From Bacteroidota bacterium (GTDB lineage Bacteria > Bacteroidota > Bacteroidia > NS11-12g > UBA955): a stretch of DNA of 64,000 nt. Location of the stretch: the NCBI GenBank assembly GCA_030834125.1, contig JAURFW010000002.1:289-64288 (forward strand). The letters are read 5' to 3'. Under the pieces are notes generated by a model. That model was not told the DNA's origin. It saw nothing but the letters and a program-made list of their open reading frames with translations, and did no database searches. Positions 1-11,100 of this stretch are shown one piece after another (the first letter of the stretch is position 1; every line of letters begins with the position of its first letter). A program made the position numbers and the translations under genes.

Positions 1-736
1 TTAAGAAAACTTCTGTGCATCCCTGTGTCTCAATCTCAGAAATAGGACGCTCCACAACATTGTAGCCGTATTCTCTTGCCAACTCCAAAACAATCTTCCT
101 CATGATGCCATCTACGCAGTATTCGCCAATAGGCGGCGTTACAATAAAATCGCCCATCACAAAAAAGATATTACTCGAAATGCCTTCGCAAATACGCTCG
201 TTATCGTTAAAAATAATGGCCTCGTCCCAGTTTTGCTGTTTGGCATACTTTGCAGCCAATACATACAGCATACTTGAAGTAGTTTTTAAAGTACTTGTAA
301 AGTTTGAATTCTTCGAAAGCTCCTTATAGTTTCCTAGAGTTAATCCATCTTCATTTAGAGCATATTGATTCTCACTGTTAGGGAGTTCTTTGATCTCCAC
401 CAACACCCTCGTATTTTCATCTTCAATCCAATAACTTCCCTTTCCTTCACGGATGTAGGAAATTCGTATTCGAGCACAACTCCAACCCTCATTTTGGATC
501 GCCTTTTGAATTCTGCTTTCTAATTGACCAAACTCAATCTGAGGTGTAGGCATTTGAAGTAATACTAAAGACTTATGTATGCGTTCAGAATGTAAAAAAC
601 TGTGCTGAATGCGTCCCTGATGATATTTTAAGGTCTCGAAAAAACCATCCCCATAACGATAAGATCTTGAATTAAAGGTAAAGTAATCTGAATTACCAGT
701 TAAGAGTTCACCGTCTAATAAAAATATAGTTCTCAT
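1..736 (-). CDS. Class IV (branched-chain / D-amino-acid / aminodeoxychorismate-lyase type) aminotransferase. The C-terminus is truncated by the window edge.
   Basis: Reverse-strand translation from the ATG at 734-736 gives 'MRTIFLLDGELLTGNSDYF...EGISSNIFFVMGDFIVTPPIGEYCVDGIMRKIVLELAREYGYNVVERPISE'. The fold-type IV motif 'E.....N.F' is present. There is no stop codon before position 1. Confidence 0.7.
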   Translation of the reverse strand, partial: MRTIFLLDGELLTGNSDYFTFNSRSYRYGDGFFETLKYHQGRIQHSFLHSERIHKSLVLLQMPTPQIEFGQLESRIQKAIQNEGWSCARIRISYIREGKGSYWIEDENTRVLVEIKELPNSENQYALNEDGLTLGNYKELSKNSNFTSTLKTTSSMLYVLAAKYAKQQNWDEAIIFNDNERICEGISSNIFFVMGDFIVTPPIGEYCVDGIMRKIVLELAREYGYNVVERPISEIETQGCTEVFL

Positions 737-1155
737 CTCGAATAATAAAACTTCAATGGACCTTCAGAAATAATCAAACTATCATTAGTTCCCAACTCAA
801 TATTGAAGTTTCGGGTGTGAGCCGCTGCTACCGCACTTGAATCATAATGGAAATCGAAATAGAGTTGCTCCGTCATACTATCTTGTTCTAGGCTAAAACT
901 TCCCGCGCTGTGCTTTTGTAATTTTTCAATATCATATAAGAAACGATGAGATTCAAAATCAATATACATAGTATCGGTTGATTCAAAAGGTCCGATAGAG
1001 GTGTCGTTTTTTGTAATATCTCTATAAATCCACTTTCCACCAAGTTCGGTAAAATCAGATGCTGCTGATTCTAATTCTTCATTAGTAGCGGTTGACTTAT
1101 TCTGACAAGAACAAATGAATATCAAACCAATCAAAAGGAAAATATAATGTCTCAT
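733..1155 (-). CDS. Hypothetical lipoprotein. Signal peptide with a lipobox-like 'ICSC'. The start is taken at the internal Met 'MRHYIF'.
   Basis: The ORF track lists 733..1185. A hydrophobic N-terminus is followed by Cys. No recognisable catalytic motif. Its stop overlaps the downstream start (ATGA). Confidence 0.45.
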   Translation of the reverse strand: MRHYIFLLIGLIFICSCQNKSTATNEELESAASDFTELGGKWIYRDITKNDTSIGPFESTDTMYIDFESHRFLYDIEKLQKHSAGSFSLEQDSMTEQLYFDFHYDSSAVAAAHTRNFNIELGTNDSLIISEGPLKFYYSR

Positions 1156-1162
1156 ATGAAAT

Positions 1163-1771
1163 TTATTTTCGTTTGCTAATTTCATCTCTTATTCGAGCGG
1201 CTCTAGCGTAGTTTTCATCGGCAATTGCCTCTTGAAGCATATACTCTAAATCTTCAAGCTCAAACTCTTCAAAAGGATTATCTGTGCTCAAAGAAGAAGG
1301 GGGAGGATTAAATTCATTTTCTGAATCTACTCTTCCTGGTGAAAGCTTATCATCTGGGTCATTATCATCTATAAACGCTGCCTCATCCATAATGTTTTGC
1401 ATTACAAAAATGGGGGCCTTGTTTTTCATGGCAAGTGCAATCGCATCTGATGTTCTTGAATCCAGTTTGTGAGATTGACCATTTTGTTCAAAAAGAATTG
1501 AAGAAAAGTATATTCCTTCTTCCAACCTTTCTATAACTATTTCCTTAATGGTAATATTGAATTCTGAAATTACAGTAGTAAACAAATCATGAGTAAGCGG
1601 TCTGCTTGGCTTCATTTCTTCCATTTCCATAGCAATTGCTTGTGCTTCTACGGCTCCTATGAGCACTGGAAGTTGCATCTTGCTTTCGGTATTCTGCAAT
1701 ACTAAAGTGTAAGCACCATGGGAGTGCGCCGGAAGGATATTTTTAATGAAGACTTCGACGCGCTTAGACAT
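1163..1771 (-). CDS. Bifunctional nuclease family protein (BFN/DUF151 domain plus a UvrB/C-like C-terminal motif).
   Basis: 202 aa. 'AHSHGAYTLVLQ...LPVLIGAVEAQAIAMEMEEMKPSRPLTHDL' matches the BFN fold. The C-terminal 'ENYARAARIRDEI' resembles a UVR motif. Confidence 0.6.
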   Translation of the reverse strand: MSKRVEVFIKNILPAHSHGAYTLVLQNTESKMQLPVLIGAVEAQAIAMEMEEMKPSRPLTHDLFTTVISEFNITIKEIVIERLEEGIYFSSILFEQNGQSHKLDSRTSDAIALAMKNKAPIFVMQNIMDEAAFIDDNDPDDKLSPGRVDSENEFNPPPSSLSTDNPFEEFELEDLEYMLQEAIADENYARAARIRDEISKRK

Positions 1772-1774
1772 TTC

Positions 1775-2716
1775 TTAGGCTTTTAATGCTGAAATTAATT
1801 TAGGAACCACTTCAAATGCATCGCCAACAATACCGTAATCGGCAGCTTTAAAGAATGGTGCTTCTGGATCTTTATTAATAACCACAATTATCTTTGATGA
1901 GCTAACACCAGCAAGGTGTTGTATGGCTCCGGAAATACCTATGGCAATATATAAATTGGGTTTAATGGTAATTCCTGTTTGACCGACGTGCTCAGAGTGG
2001 GGTCTCCATTCCATGTCACTTACAGGTTTAGAACATGCCGTTGCTCCGTTCATTAGATCTGCCATTTCTTCAACCATACCCCAGTTTTCAGGACCTTTTA
2101 ATCCCCTTCCACCAGATACTACAACTTCTGCCTCTGTAAGCGCTACTTTTCCCGTAACCTTGTCTGTTGAAACAACATTTATTTTGGAATTTGCACTTTC
2201 ACCATTGTATGCAGAAATGTTACAAGTTTGTGGGTTTTCTTTGATATCAAAAGAATTAGGGGTTAGCGCTAAAACTTTGGTACTTTTATTTAGCGTAACG
2301 TAGGCAAATGCTTTGCCGGAATACACTCCACGCTTAACCGTAAAATCATTTGCTGAAGCTGGAAGAGATACCACATTGGTTGCTAAAGATGCATTTGAAC
2401 TAACTGCAATTTGTGGAGATAAGTTTTTCCCTGTATATGAGTTGGATAAGATTATTACAGTTGCATTTACAGATGCACTTGCCGCAGAAATTATTGTGGG
2501 CGCAGAATCTGCATTAATATGATTTGTATCACCTAAGGCAATGAACGACTGCGCACCATATTTGCCTAATTCATCGGTGTTGCCAGAAGCTTGGAAAGCC
2601 ATAGCCACTAATTCTATTCCCATCATTTGTGCAAGTTGAGAACCGTAAACTAATGCCTCAATAGAGCTTTTCTTATACTCATTATTTTCTAATTCTAAAA
2701 ATACTGCTACGCTCAT
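1775..2716 (-). CDS. etfA: Electron transfer flavoprotein alpha subunit.
   Basis: 313 aa. The C-terminal FAD-binding region is 'PNLYIAIGISGAIQHLAGVSSSKIIVVINKDPEAPFFKAADYGIVGDAFEVVP'. It lies immediately downstream of etfB. Confidence 0.9.
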   Translation of the reverse strand: MSVAVFLELENNEYKKSSIEALVYGSQLAQMMGIELVAMAFQASGNTDELGKYGAQSFIALGDTNHINADSAPTIISAASASVNATVIILSNSYTGKNLSPQIAVSSNASLATNVVSLPASANDFTVKRGVYSGKAFAYVTLNKSTKVLALTPNSFDIKENPQTCNISAYNGESANSKINVVSTDKVTGKVALTEAEVVVSGGRGLKGPENWGMVEEMADLMNGATACSKPVSDMEWRPHSEHVGQTGITIKPNLYIAIGISGAIQHLAGVSSSKIIVVINKDPEAPFFKAADYGIVGDAFEVVPKLISALKA

Positions 2717-2717
2717 A

Positions 2718-3449
2718 TTAGATAACTTTTAAATCGTTCTTTAAGATGTTAATTAATTCTTCTGCATTGTCTGCATCAATCATTTTTACTCCAGACTTAG
2801 GTGCAGGAGATTCAAATGAAGAGATATTACTGTATTCGGCTGCGCCTGAAGCGGCAACCACATTTAAAGGCTTTGTTCTCGCAGCCATAATACCTCTCAT
2901 ATTCGGAATTCTTGGTTCGCACAGGTCTTTTTGTGCAGATGCAACGCAAGGAGTAGGACAGCTTACGGTTTCTCTTCCTCCGTCAATATCCCGAGTCATG
3001 GTGCAATTTCCGTCTGCATATTGGATTTCAGTTACTACGTTAACAGAAGGGATCCCTAATTCGGCAGCTAGAAGTCCACAAACTGCGCCACCGTTAAAAT
3101 CAATACTTTCTCTTCCAGTTAGAATTAAATCATATTCAGTAGCGTGTTGTGCAATTTCATGAGCAACAAACTGTGCATCGTAAGCTATTGAATTTACACG
3201 AATAGCTTCGTTAACACCCATACTAAGTGCTTTACGAATGCTTGGGTCGTTTTCTGCAGGACCCACATGGATTACAGTAACAGTTCCATTATTAGCTTCT
3301 GCAATTTCCAATCCTTTGGTAATTGCCAATTCATCGTAGGGATTAATAATGAACTGTACTCCGTCTTTTTGTAATTCAGTTTTATCAGAGTTGAACTGAA
3401 TTTTTGTCGTTGTATCTGGAACGACACTCATGCACACTAATACTTTCAT
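2718..3449 (-). CDS. etfB: Electron transfer flavoprotein beta subunit.
   Basis: 243 aa. 'MKVLVCMSVVPDTTTKIQF...INPYDELAITKGLEIAE' matches the EtfB family. The etfB-etfA operon order is conserved. Confidence 0.9.
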   Translation of the reverse strand: MKVLVCMSVVPDTTTKIQFNSDKTELQKDGVQFIINPYDELAITKGLEIAEANNGTVTVIHVGPAENDPSIRKALSMGVNEAIRVNSIAYDAQFVAHEIAQHATEYDLILTGRESIDFNGGAVCGLLAAELGIPSVNVVTEIQYADGNCTMTRDIDGGRETVSCPTPCVASAQKDLCEPRIPNMRGIMAARTKPLNVVAASGAAEYSNISSFESPAPKSGVKMIDADNAEELINILKNDLKVI

Positions 3450-3531
3450 GAATCTCGAAATTTACTGCAAAACTACAAAAAAATACAGCAATAATTCTCT
3501 AGGTTAGGCAATTGCTTGTTACTTTCGTAAT

Positions 3532-4860
3532 ATGTCGAAAATTCACTTCATTGCAATTGGCGGTGCAATCATGCATAACTTGGCTTTGGAACTCTTAGCG
3601 CAGGGACATTCTGTTACTGGAAGTGACGATGAAATTTTCGACCCCGCACTTTCTCGCTTAATTGCAGCGGGCATAGCACCTGAAAAAATGGGCTGGTATA
3701 CCGAAAAGTTAGACAGTTCAATGGATATTGTTATTTTGGGAATGCATGCTCGTATTGATAATCCCGAATTATTAAAGGCAAAAGAATTGGGATTAACCAT
3801 AATGTCCTTCCCCCAGTATGTTGCTGAACATTCCAAGAATAAGACTAGAGTTGTAATTGCAGGTAGTCATGGAAAAACCACTTCCACCGCGATGTTAATG
3901 CACATGCTCGAGCATGATCATATCAAATTTGATTATGTGGTAGGATCGCAAATAGCAGGTTATGAAAGAATGGTGAAGTTGAGTGATGCGCCAATAATAA
4001 TTATTGAGGGTGACGAGTATTTATCTTCACCCCTAGATTTAAGGTCGAAATTTTTACATTACAAGCCACATTTTGCAATGGTTACAGGCATTGCTTGGGA
4101 TCACATTAATGTATTTCCGACTTTTGAATCCTACAAACAAACTTTTCATGAATTCCTTAATACAGTAGAAAAAAAGTGTTTCTTTTTTGAGGATGATGAG
4201 TTTTTTAGAGAATTTCAAAAAGGTAGAAGCAATGTGATTCCGTACAAGGCACATGCATGGTCTGTATTGAATGACGGAGTTGCTGTAGCATATAATAATT
4301 CGAATATTTATTTACCATTTTTTGGGGAGCATAATGTTCAAAATGCAACCGGTGCGGTTTCACTTGCAGTTCAATTGGGCATGGAAGAACGCGATGCATG
4401 GGAGGCTTTAGCGAATTTCCCGGGAACAGCAAGAAGATTAGAACTGATGGGGGAAGCACAAAATTTAAAAGTATTTAGGGATTTTGCCCATGCTCCGAGC
4501 AAGGTAAAAGCAACCGTAAACGCGGTTACAAATCAGTTCCCTGATTGTAAAACAATTGCAATTCTTGAATTGCATACTTTTTCTAGTTTAAATCCGGAAT
4601 TCATGGCTCAATATGCAAATACTATGGATGCTACTGAACATGCTATGGTTTTGTTTAATCCTCATGTGTTTGAACAGAAAAAGATGGAAATACCAACGAA
4701 AGAAATTGTTCAGTCTAGAACAGGAGTAAAAGCCTTTGATAATTTCAAAGATTTATCGGAATTTGTAGATGAATTAATGTTGGGTGAGGAAAGAAAGGTG
4801 TTGCTTTTGATGAGTTCAGGTCCAGGATTGAAGCCGTTTGAAAATAAATATACTGGATAA
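3532..4860 (+). CDS. mpl: UDP-N-acetylmuramate:L-alanyl-gamma-D-glutamyl-meso-diaminopimelate ligase (Mur ligase family).
   Basis: 442 aa. It has the N-terminal Rossmann region 'IHFIAIGGAIMHNLALELLAQGHSVTGSD' and the Mur ligase central P-loop 'IAGSHGKTTSTAM'. Confidence 0.7.
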   Translation: MSKIHFIAIGGAIMHNLALELLAQGHSVTGSDDEIFDPALSRLIAAGIAPEKMGWYTEKLDSSMDIVILGMHARIDNPELLKAKELGLTIMSFPQYVAEHSKNKTRVVIAGSHGKTTSTAMLMHMLEHDHIKFDYVVGSQIAGYERMVKLSDAPIIIIEGDEYLSSPLDLRSKFLHYKPHFAMVTGIAWDHINVFPTFESYKQTFHEFLNTVEKKCFFFEDDEFFREFQKGRSNVIPYKAHAWSVLNDGVAVAYNNSNIYLPFFGEHNVQNATGAVSLAVQLGMEERDAWEALANFPGTARRLELMGEAQNLKVFRDFAHAPSKVKATVNAVTNQFPDCKTIAILELHTFSSLNPEFMAQYANTMDATEHAMVLFNPHVFEQKKMEIPTKEIVQSRTGVKAFDNFKDLSEFVDELMLGEERKVLLLMSSGPGLKPFENKYTG

Positions 4861-4914
4861 AATTTATTAATAAATTGTTCATAAACCCCTTGTTTGTGAA
4901 CCTACCTTTGTGGC

Positions 4915-5763
4915 ATGTCTTCAGTTTCTGAATTGCCAGTAATCGCTCGTCAGGTACGTCGCGATATTTTACGTATGGTTCATGCCGTAAATAGCGGTCA
5001 TCCCGGTGGATCACTTGGATGTGCGGATTACCTTACTAGTTTGTATTTCGAATACATGAAACATGATCCCAACAATTTTACCGGCCATGGAAAAGGGCAA
5101 GATGTTTTTGTTATGAGTAATGGCCATATTTCGCCTGTGTTCTATTCTGTTTTGGCTCGTTCTGGGTATTTTGAAATTTCAGAACTTTCAACTTTTAGAA
5201 AAATAAATACCCGTTTGCAAGGTCATCCCACTACGCATGAAGGATTACCTGGAGTTCGCGTAGCTACCGGTTCACTGGGGCAAGGCATGAGTGTGGCAAC
5301 TGGATTTGCGCTTGAAAAAAAATTAGATAATGACCCAAGTACTGTTTGGGTATTAACCGGTGACGGAGAATTACAAGAAGGTCAGGTATGGGAGGCGGTT
5401 ATGTTCGCTGCCCATAACAAGGTAGATAACATGATTGTTGCGGTTGATTTTAATCAACAACAAATAGATGGTTCTACTGGCGAAGTGATGGGAATAACTG
5501 AATTGAAATCTAAATTTTTAGCTTTTGGTTGGGAAGTTTTGGAAATGGATGGTAACAACTACGATAGCATTCATGAAGTCGTACCTCAGGCGCAAGCCAA
5601 ATTGGGCGGAGGGAAACCAATAATAATAATAATGAAAACCGAAATGGGTCAGGGTGTAGACTTTATGATGGGGACACACGCATGGCACGGAAAGGCTCCA
5701 AATGATGAGCAGTTAGCCGAAGCATTAAGACAATTGCCTGAAACTCCATACGGAGATTATTAA
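4915..5763 (+). CDS. Transketolase, N-terminal (TPP-binding) subunit.
   Basis: 282 aa. 'HPGGSLGCADYLTSLYF' and 'GSLGQGMSVATGFAL' match the split-transketolase N-terminal section. Confidence 0.9.
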   Translation: MSSVSELPVIARQVRRDILRMVHAVNSGHPGGSLGCADYLTSLYFEYMKHDPNNFTGHGKGQDVFVMSNGHISPVFYSVLARSGYFEISELSTFRKINTRLQGHPTTHEGLPGVRVATGSLGQGMSVATGFALEKKLDNDPSTVWVLTGDGELQEGQVWEAVMFAAHNKVDNMIVAVDFNQQQIDGSTGEVMGITELKSKFLAFGWEVLEMDGNNYDSIHEVVPQAQAKLGGGKPIIIIMKTEMGQGVDFMMGTHAWHGKAPNDEQLAEALRQLPETPYGDY

Positions 5764-5781
5764 AAATTGTATCTTTACCCT

Positions 5782-7158
5782 ATGAGAGCATTATTAACCA
5801 TTGGATTAGCTCTACTTTTTTCAATTAAAAGTACGGCACAAATTCCATATGCTTTTCCGGGTAAGAAAACACGTATATTATTTCTGGTTGATGGAAGCGG
5901 CAGTATGCTTACTCCAATGACAAAGGGCAGTCGCTGGGAAATAGCTGGTGAATTAATTACAAAAATTGTAGATAGCCTTCGTGCAGTGAAAGATGTTGAA
6001 ATTGGCTTGAGAGTCTTTGGTCACACCAAAAGAAACGTGCTGCAAGATTGTAATGATACCAAGTTAGAAATCCCATTTGGACCATACAATCACAAAATGT
6101 TCCGGAGTAAAATGAAGTCTATTCGCCCTTTAGGGTATACCTCGATTACTCAATCATTATTAGCAACAGAGCAAGATTTTCCAGCAGATGATAATGCTCG
6201 TAACGTTGTAATTCTTGTAACTGACGGGGTGGAAGAATGCCCTGGGGATCCTTGTGAGGTTAGTAAAGTATTGCAAGAAAAGGGAATAATTTTAAGGCCT
6301 TTTATAGTGGGTTTAGGTACTGACGCTAATGCCTTTAAAAAGATTTATTCTTGTGCAGGAAAATATTATAATGCAGAAACTGCACCTGAATTTAATAAGG
6401 TAATGGGAGTGATTATCTCTCAAGTATTGAATAACACATCAGCCCAAATTAATTTATTAGATGAGCAAGGTAGACCAACAGAAACAGACGCTGCAGTGAC
6501 CTTTTTTGATAGAACAAGTAGTGAGAGAGTGGAGCATTTTATGCATACCATGAATGGCCGGGGTTTACCAGATACCATTTATTTAGATCCTATGCGTCAG
6601 TATGATATGTTGGTGCATACATTACCTCCAATACGTAAAGAAAATATTAGTTTAATTGGCGGAATGCATAATACGATCGCAGTTGACGCTGCACGTGGAG
6701 ATTTGTATTTGAAAATTTCAGGGAATATGGCCTATCCCTGGTTGAAGGCTATCGTAAAGAAAAAGGGTTCTTGTGATGTTCTGTATGATCAATCGTTTAA
6801 CCGTCCTCAAAGATATTTAACAGGGTTTTACGATGTGGAAGTACTCACTACTCCACGAATGGTGTTTAAAAACATCAACATCTCCCAAAATAATACTACT
6901 ACATTGGATGTCCCTGGCCCTGGATTATTACAACTCGCAATGAAGGGTGATGTAAAAGGGTCTATATTCTTGCAAAAGGAAGATAATACCTATGAATGGG
7001 TTGCAGATTTACCCGAAACTAGAGGTAATCACGATCTTTATTTTCAGCCTGGTAACTACGAGTTAGTATACAGGAAAAAGGGAGAGACAAGAACATTATA
7101 CAGCAAGAAAACTCAAATTTCTATAAAATCAGGACTTAATACAAAATTGGCAATATAA
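5782..7158 (+). CDS. Secreted von Willebrand factor type A (vWA) domain protein.
   Basis: Signal peptide 'MRALLTIGLALLFSIKSTAQ'. MIDAS motif 'ILFLVDGSGSM' and 'VILVTDGVEE'. The ORF track start of 5767 was trimmed to the Met that precedes the signal peptide. Confidence 0.75.
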   Translation: MRALLTIGLALLFSIKSTAQIPYAFPGKKTRILFLVDGSGSMLTPMTKGSRWEIAGELITKIVDSLRAVKDVEIGLRVFGHTKRNVLQDCNDTKLEIPFGPYNHKMFRSKMKSIRPLGYTSITQSLLATEQDFPADDNARNVVILVTDGVEECPGDPCEVSKVLQEKGIILRPFIVGLGTDANAFKKIYSCAGKYYNAETAPEFNKVMGVIISQVLNNTSAQINLLDEQGRPTETDAAVTFFDRTSSERVEHFMHTMNGRGLPDTIYLDPMRQYDMLVHTLPPIRKENISLIGGMHNTIAVDAARGDLYLKISGNMAYPWLKAIVKKKGSCDVLYDQSFNRPQRYLTGFYDVEVLTTPRMVFKNINISQNNTTTLDVPGPGLLQLAMKGDVKGSIFLQKEDNTYEWVADLPETRGNHDLYFQPGNYELVYRKKGETRTLYSKKTQISIKSGLNTKLAI

Positions 7159-8118
7159 ATGAAATCATTTGAAGTAACCGGAAAGAAAGACACTCGTAGC
7201 GGCTTTGGCGCAGGACTATTAGAACTTGGTAAAAATAATGCAGATGTAGTGGCGATGTGTGCAGATCTTACTGGGTCATTAACAATGCATCACTTTGAGA
7301 AAGAATTTCCAAATAGATTTTTTCAAGCGGGTATAGCAGAAGCAAATATGATGGGTGTAGCAGCCGGGATGGCATTAGCCGGAAAAATTCCTTTTACTGG
7401 AACTTTTGCTAACTTTTCTACGGGTCGTGTGTACGATCAAATCCGTCAGAGTATTGCCTACAGCGGGGCAAACGTAAAAATTTGTGCATCGCACGCTGGG
7501 CTTACTTTAGGTGAGGACGGAGCAACTCATCAGATTCTTGAGGATATTGGGTTAATGAAGATGTTGCCAGGAATGACAGTGATTAACCCTTGCGATTATA
7601 ACCAAACCAAACAAGCAACAATAGCAATTGCAGAGCATAAGGGACCTGTTTATTTGCGTTTTGGAAGACCCAAGTGGCCCGTTTTTATTCCTGAAGATGC
7701 TCAGTTTGAAATAGGTAAAGCATTGATGTTAAGCCCAGGTACCGATGTGAGTATTTTTGCTACAGGACATATGGTTTGGAAGGCTATTGAGGCCGGTATT
7801 GAGTTAGAAAAAATGGGAATCAGTGCAGAGGTAATCAATATACATACTATTAAACCGTTAGATGAAAAAGCAATTATTGAATCTGTTTCAAAAACAGGTT
7901 GTGCTGTAAGTGCAGAGGAACATCAAATGAACGGTGGTTTAGGAGATTCAATTGCTCAGGTGTTGGGCAAAAATCTGCCAAGTCCATTGGAAATGGTTGC
8001 AGTAAAAGACTCATTTGGTGAAAGTGGTACTCCTGATGAATTGTTAGTAAAGTATGGTCTAGACACGCCAAATATTATTGAGGCAGCTAAAAAGGCAATA
8101 GCGCGTAAATCAAACTAA
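7159..8118 (+). CDS. Transketolase, C-terminal (pyrimidine-binding) subunit.
   Basis: 319 aa. '[26 protein letters not shown]' matches the transketolase C-terminal section. It starts 1 nt after the vWA gene stop. Confidence 0.9.
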   Translation: MKSFEVTGKKDTRSGFGAGLLELGKNNADVVAMCADLTGSLTMHHFEKEFPNRFFQAGIAEANMMGVAAGMALAGKIPFTGTFANFSTGRVYDQIRQSIAYSGANVKICASHAGLTLGEDGATHQILEDIGLMKMLPGMTVINPCDYNQTKQATIAIAEHKGPVYLRFGRPKWPVFIPEDAQFEIGKALMLSPGTDVSIFATGHMVWKAIEAGIELEKMGISAEVINIHTIKPLDEKAIIESVSKTGCAVSAEEHQMNGGLGDSIAQVLGKNLPSPLEMVAVKDSFGESGTPDELLVKYGLDTPNIIEAAKKAIARKSN

Positions 8119-8167
8119 AAATTGATTCAATTGTTGGGAATTAAATGCCCCAACTGAATTTTTGTAA

Positions 8168-11100
8168 ATGAATACTAGAGATATTATCCAACGGCTTCTG
8201 GATTCGGGAGTTTCTAAGGATTATTTGAAGTCTCTTAATTCAAAATCCGCTCTTTATTTACATGGCTTATGTGGTGCATCGGCATCCTTACAGGTTTCTT
8301 TGTCGTTTGCCGCAAATCAGAGACCAATTCTTGTATGTTTAAGTAATAAAGAAGAAGCTCAGTATTTTAAGTCTGATTTAGAAAGTTGGTTAACGGGCCA
8401 AACAATTTATTTTCTTCCTAGTTCATTTTTAAAAGCATTTTCTACATCAAGGGAGCATGCGATGGGAGTTCAGGAACGTCTTGAAACATTAAGTGCTTTA
8501 AGAAAAAATAACCAACGAATAATTGTTACTTATACGGAGGCATTAGCAGAGCTAGTAGTAGACGAAGAACAATTGAGCAGTAACACCTTTGAGATTTTCA
8601 AAGGGCAAAATTTAGACGTGGATTTTCTGTCTGAGTTTTTATACGATAATGGATTTGAACGTGAAGATTTTGTTTTTGAACCCGGGCAGTTTAGTATTCG
8701 TGGTGGAATTATTGATCTATTTTCATTTGCTCATGAAGAACCTTTTCGAATGGAGTTAGATGGGGATATCATTGAAAGTATTAGGTCTTTTGATGTGAAT
8801 ACTCAGAGGTCCACCAAGGAGATGGCGCAATTTTCATTGGTTCCAAAACTTTCGGGTGGTGAAGGAAATAGAAGCACAAAGAAAATTCCAGTTTTCCAAT
8901 ATCTTAATGATGACACGCTACTTTTCTTAACGGAAAGAACTTTGCAGTTAGAGAACTTGGCAAAAGCATGGGAGCAAAATTTGCAATCCTATGTAAATGA
9001 TAAAGATCTACAGACAGATTCAGAATCGCTTCATCCAAAGGCAACTTGGATGACCCCAAAAGAGTGGATGGAGGGGTTGGAATCATTTAAAAATGTATTC
9101 TTTGGTGGTGATAGACCGGCAGAGAAACACGATACAATCAATTTTCAACAAGAGCCGCAACCGATATTCAAACGACACATTGAAATGTTAAAAGCTTGGA
9201 TGTCGGAAAATTCTCAAAAGGGATTTGAGACTTGGGTTTTTTCTGATAATTCAAAGCAAATTGAACGTTTACAGGTTTTGCTTAAAGATCAGGAATTAGA
9301 GCAAGCTTTTGAGCCTGTTTATGTGGGATTATCGGGTGGGTTTGTGGATTTTGATCATAAAATTGCCTTCCTCACTGAGCACCAACTATTTGATAAATAT
9401 TATAAACCTAAATCGAGACAAAGATATACTGGAACTGCATCCTTAACTCTTCGTGAATTAAGGCATTTACAGCCCGGGGATTACATCACCCACATTGATC
9501 ATGGGATTGGCAAATTTGCAGGATTAGAAAAGATGGAAGTAAACGGAGTGGCACAGGAAGTACTCCGAATTGTGTATAGAGACAATGATTTGCTTTATGT
9601 ATCGGTAAACAGCTTACACAAAATCAGTAAGTATTCCGGTAAAGATGGAACAGAGCCCAGTCTTCATAAGTTGGGATCGGGTACATGGGATAAGCAGAAA
9701 AAAAATACCAAGCGCAAGGTTAAAGATATTGCTAGAGAGTTGATTAAACTCTATGCACAAAGGAAGAAAGAAAAAGGCTTTGCATTCCAACCAGATAATT
9801 ATTTGCAGTTGGAGTTAGAAGCTTCTTTCTTTTATGAGGATACACCCGATCAAGCCAAGGCGGTAGACGCCGTAAAAGCGGATATGGAAAATGAAACTCC
9901 TATGGACCGTTTGGTTTGTGGAGATGTGGGCTTTGGTAAAACTGAGGTGGCAATGCGCGCTGCATTTAAATCGGTTTGCGATTCCAAACAAGTTGCAGTA
10001 TTGGTACCTACTACAATTCTGGCACAACAACATTACCGAACATTTAAAAAGAGATATTCCGGCTTTCCAGTAAATATTGATTACCTCAATAGGTTTAAAT
10101 CTGCCAAAGAACAAAAAGAGGTAATAAAGAAATTAAAATCCGGCGATATAGATGTGGTTATAGGAACACATAGACTCATTGGAAAAGATATTGAATTTAA
10201 GGATTTAGGATTGCTGATTATTGATGAAGAGCAGAAGTTTGGGGTAGGCGCAAAAGAAAAGTTGAAGCAATTTAGGGTTAATGTAGATACTTTAACCTTA
10301 ACTGCAACACCCATTCCGAGAACGCTTCACTTCAGTTTGATGGGGGCTAGAGATTTAAGTATTATTAATACTCCTCCACCCAATAGGCAGCCGGTTCATA
10401 CGGAATTAGCCGTCTTTAATAAATCATTTATTGGCGAAGCTGTATTACATGAGATAAATCGCGGTGGACAAGTATTTGTAGTACATAACAGGATCAGAGA
10501 TATTCATGAATTAGCCCGAATTATTGGCGAGGAAGTCCCCGAAGCCAGAGTTTGTGTGGGGCATGGACAAATGGAAGGTAGTGATTTAGAGGATGTTATG
10601 GTGAAGTTTATTGAAGGAGAATTTGATGTCCTCGTAGCTACAAGTATTATTGAAAGTGGTTTAGATATCCCGAATGCAAATACGATCATCATAAACAATG
10701 CCCATATGTTTGGGTTGTCTGACTTACATCAAATGCGCGGTAGAGTAGGGCGTTCAAATACAAAAGCATATTGTTATTTGCTATCTCCACCTATTTCTAC
10801 CTTACCTGAAGATTCTAGGAAAAGATTAAGAACTTTAGAGGAATACTCTGAATTGGGTAGTGGATTTCAAGTGGCTATGCGAGATTTAGATATTCGTGGT
10901 GCTGGAAACTTACTAGGTGCAGAGCAAAGTGGTTTTATTGCAGATATGGGTTTTGATATGTACCATAAAATCCTAGATGAGGCGCTGCGGGAGCTAAAAC
11001 AAGAGGAGTTTACTGAAGTTTTTGAAGAAACGGCAGAGTCTATTGAAAGTAGAGATTGCCAAATAGATACACATTATGAAATTTTAATTCCTTCTGATTA

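Noticed and set aside
2013-3162. Several 60-140-aa ORFs (2013..2303, 2313..2522, 2746..3162) antisense to etfA/etfB. Similar small ORFs lie inside mpl, mfd, the OMP genes and the NRPS genes.
   Set aside because: All are embedded within, and antisense or out-of-frame to, strongly supported long CDSs. They have low-complexity translations and no motifs. They are typical shadow ORFs in an AT-rich genome.
5619-5633. The trinucleotide repeat (TAA/ATA)x4 'taataataataa'.
   Set aside because: It is in-frame coding sequence for Ile-Ile-Ile-Met inside transketolase. It is not a microsatellite locus of interest.
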